From contig CM052818.1 in NCBI GenBank assembly GCA_028534125.1, positions 5,768,001-5,832,000 of the forward strand: DNA of 64,000 nucleotides, given 5' to 3'. Below the pieces are notes generated by a model. It was given only the letters and a program-made list of their open reading frames with translations, was not told the origin of the DNA and searched no databases. Positions 61,471 to 64,000 of the stretch are shown here, piece by piece. How positions within the stretch are numbered: position 1 is the first letter of the stretch; each line of letters opens with the position of its first letter. The translations under genes and the position numbers were made by a program. The DNA is from Lama glama. Lineage: Eukaryota.

Positions 61471-64000
61471 GTGATTCTAAGGCAACACAGTAGAATCCAT
61501 ATGGAAAATCCTGTAGGAAATTTAAAAAAAAGTCTTAACTATTTCTGGGGTCCAACTTCAGTGTCACAGGCTGCCTACAACATGACAGATTCATTCATTC
61601 ATTCCAGAAATACGTGTCGGGCACTGTAGCATGGGCTAGGGATTTAGTGGGGCATGAAAGTTACATGGCAACTGGCCTCTTGATATCTGTGAAATGATGG
61701 AAGAAGTAGATCAGTGTTTTCTTGTTTTATCCTCTGGAGGAGAAGACCTCAAGGCGTGAGCTACTTATACTTTGATAAATGATAAGGTTCCTCTTCCATC
61801 TCTCCTTTTCTCAGTTGAACTTGCATTGTCCCTGGTAAATTTGAACTACAGACTGCTGCCATAGGTCAACGAGTGCCACTAACAACTAACACAATGGAAA
61901 ACATAGTGCTTCCAATGTTTATTAATTCCAAAGCTCAGTGACGCATCTTTTCTTAAAACGAAAACTTGAAGTACCAAAACGTTTTGCCAGGATGTACCGT
62001 CTTCAGAAAAAAAAAAAATAGCATTAATCCAATCCACCGCTACCCCTCCCCCAAAACTTGTTATAGAGGAAATGAGGTTCAGAGGGGGGGAAAAATCTGC
62101 TGTGTAGATCCTTCTGGAGAATCTTCCAAATACACCACCCTGGTTCCAATTTTTCAATGTTGTTTTTCATTTGAAATGAGATTCATGCAGCTTGCTTGTG
62201 CAAAATGAGATGAAAAAAAAAATTAGGGTCTGGAAAGGAAGAGAAGGATTAAATAAAAAGTTCTGCTAGGATGCAGCCATCATGATCTAATGCACCATAG
62301 GCAGCCCAGCTTCAGGGAGTACTGACTTTCAAGGGCTCGAGCTCCCGGGGACAGCTGGCACTCAGCTGGTCATGGTACTGGCCTCATGTTGCCTCTGTGT
62401 CTCCCATAAACTCAACCGATGCTATGTAGGTTTTTTTTTTTTTTTCCCAACATGCAGCACAGGAAATTTTTCCTCAATGCGTGTGAGAGCTGTTTGATTC
62501 CCCAAAGGAAAAGATTTGGCAAGTCAGTTAAGAGGAAAATAGAAGCCCTGAACACATGAGCACATTTTAACAATGTCCAAGTGTAACTTTTATTGCCAAC
62601 AGTAGACAGGCACTGGAATTTGAAATGCAGCCCAAATGCTAAATGCAGTTGTTTTTATCTGTGAGGAGAATGTTGCGGTTTCATTCTGAGATGAGTCACT
62701 TTGTTCTGATTTAGCCAGTTAGTAAATGGATCTGATTTGTTTTCATTAGGGAGTTCAAAGTTTGTTTTCTGGGTTTTTGTTTTTGTTTTGTTTTTTCCCA
62801 GGGCAGAAAACCATTGGGTCTGGTACAAACAAGAGGCCACAAAATTTTATTAAAATGCTCAATAGAGATAAAGCCAAGATGTCACCTGCCATGTACAATG
62901 AAGAGGGGTTGAGTCTTGGCATTAAGAGAGAGTTGGGATTTCGGAAGCCCAGACTTTGCTGTCAGTATCTGACAGCATCTTTACAAGGCCATCTCGTGCT
63001 GCCGAATCAGAAAAGTACGCCTGCTGCGCCCTGTGATCTTAATTTGGTCAAATCTACTAAATGATTTCATGATGGGGTCTTGGGAACAATGATTCATTGA
63101 CTAAAAGTACTCGAAGTTTCTCTAGGCCGACTCTGCAGGACTGGATGACTTGGTCCAATTAATTAGTTAATTCATCAGTTGGCTAAGAAGTATTTCCTGA
63201 GCGTCTACTATGTGCAGGTGCTTTGCGGGTCAGTTGCCTCTGTGGCTTTGCTGGCATGCAGACTCTGTGACCAAAGAATCCAGCCACAGTTGTATTAACT
63301 GCTGTCAGTTGTATTCTTATGCCTTCAGTGCCAAATAAATTATGACCAATAGGATGGCATTATTTCCCCATTAACTTGTTTTTCATTTTATTCCTTAATC
63401 TGAAGCAACAGCGCCTGATCCTGCAGAATTTTAAACGTGGATATTTACGAGACCAAAAATCACCTATTAATTTCATCATACAGTAAACAGATTATATCAC
63501 ATAGACGTATCATATAGATTTTATCATGTAATACATATTCTCACTGAGCTATCCATGCAATGGGTCAACATACTTTGCAAACATAAAGTGATCAGGCTTC
63601 ATTCAGAGTTTTCATTTAAAATTGCTGGGTTGGAGGGATTGGAATCCAAGCTAACTTGAACAGTTAAGACCATAAACAATTTACTCAAAGAGGACAAAAA
63701 GAAAAAGAAAAAGAAAAAGGCAAACAAAACTGCTCGGAAACATTTTTTCCTATTGTCTCCCCCCACCCTTCCCACTATGGTTGTTTTTTCAAGTCCCCGG
63801 GGATTATCGACGCTTCCTGAACAATACTTTGTGGTACATTTAGTGGAGTGGCTTGTCATTGTAGTGGGTTTTTGTCCGTGAAGAATTTATCAGACCGACC
63901 CTCCGGGCTCCATCACTTGGCAGGCTAGAAAAGCCCATTTTGGTACCTCCGGGCATCCCTAATTCTGAGAAAGGTAAGCCAGCGTAGCAAACGTGAATGG

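Overview
Mammalian genomic DNA containing the 5' half of the TALE-homeobox gene MEIS1 on the minus strand. Coding exons 1-6 (8392..8381, 6518..6292, 4434..4293, 3753..3703, 2900..2850, 1458..1312) all have GT-AG boundaries and join into 630 nt / 210 codons (MAQRYDDLPHY...SANLTDQ). The gene runs off the left edge in intron 6, so the homeodomain exons are outside the window. To the right lie the 5'UTR and promoter (about 8.4-12 kb, CpG-rich), a second CpG island (about 17-18.4 kb) and about 45 kb of gene-desert-like upstream DNA. That upstream DNA mixes transposon relics (L1, L2, MIR, MLT1 LTRs, hAT/MER) with repeat-free blocks rich in homeodomain motifs. Five copies of a tRNA-derived SINE resembling the camelid Vic-1 family suggest a camel, alpaca or llama genome (inference). 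I found no other credible protein-coding gene and no wholly new system I can demonstrate from sequence alone. The best leads are regulatory: three short uORFs plus a PBX-MEIS/PREP decamer in the 5'UTR, a TATA box and in-frame ATG just before exon 2 (alternative MQYDDL start), a composite nuclear-receptor/RARE-like array, and several PBX-HOX/MEIS or HOX13 motif clusters. Repeat family names and boundaries were assigned by eye and are approximate.
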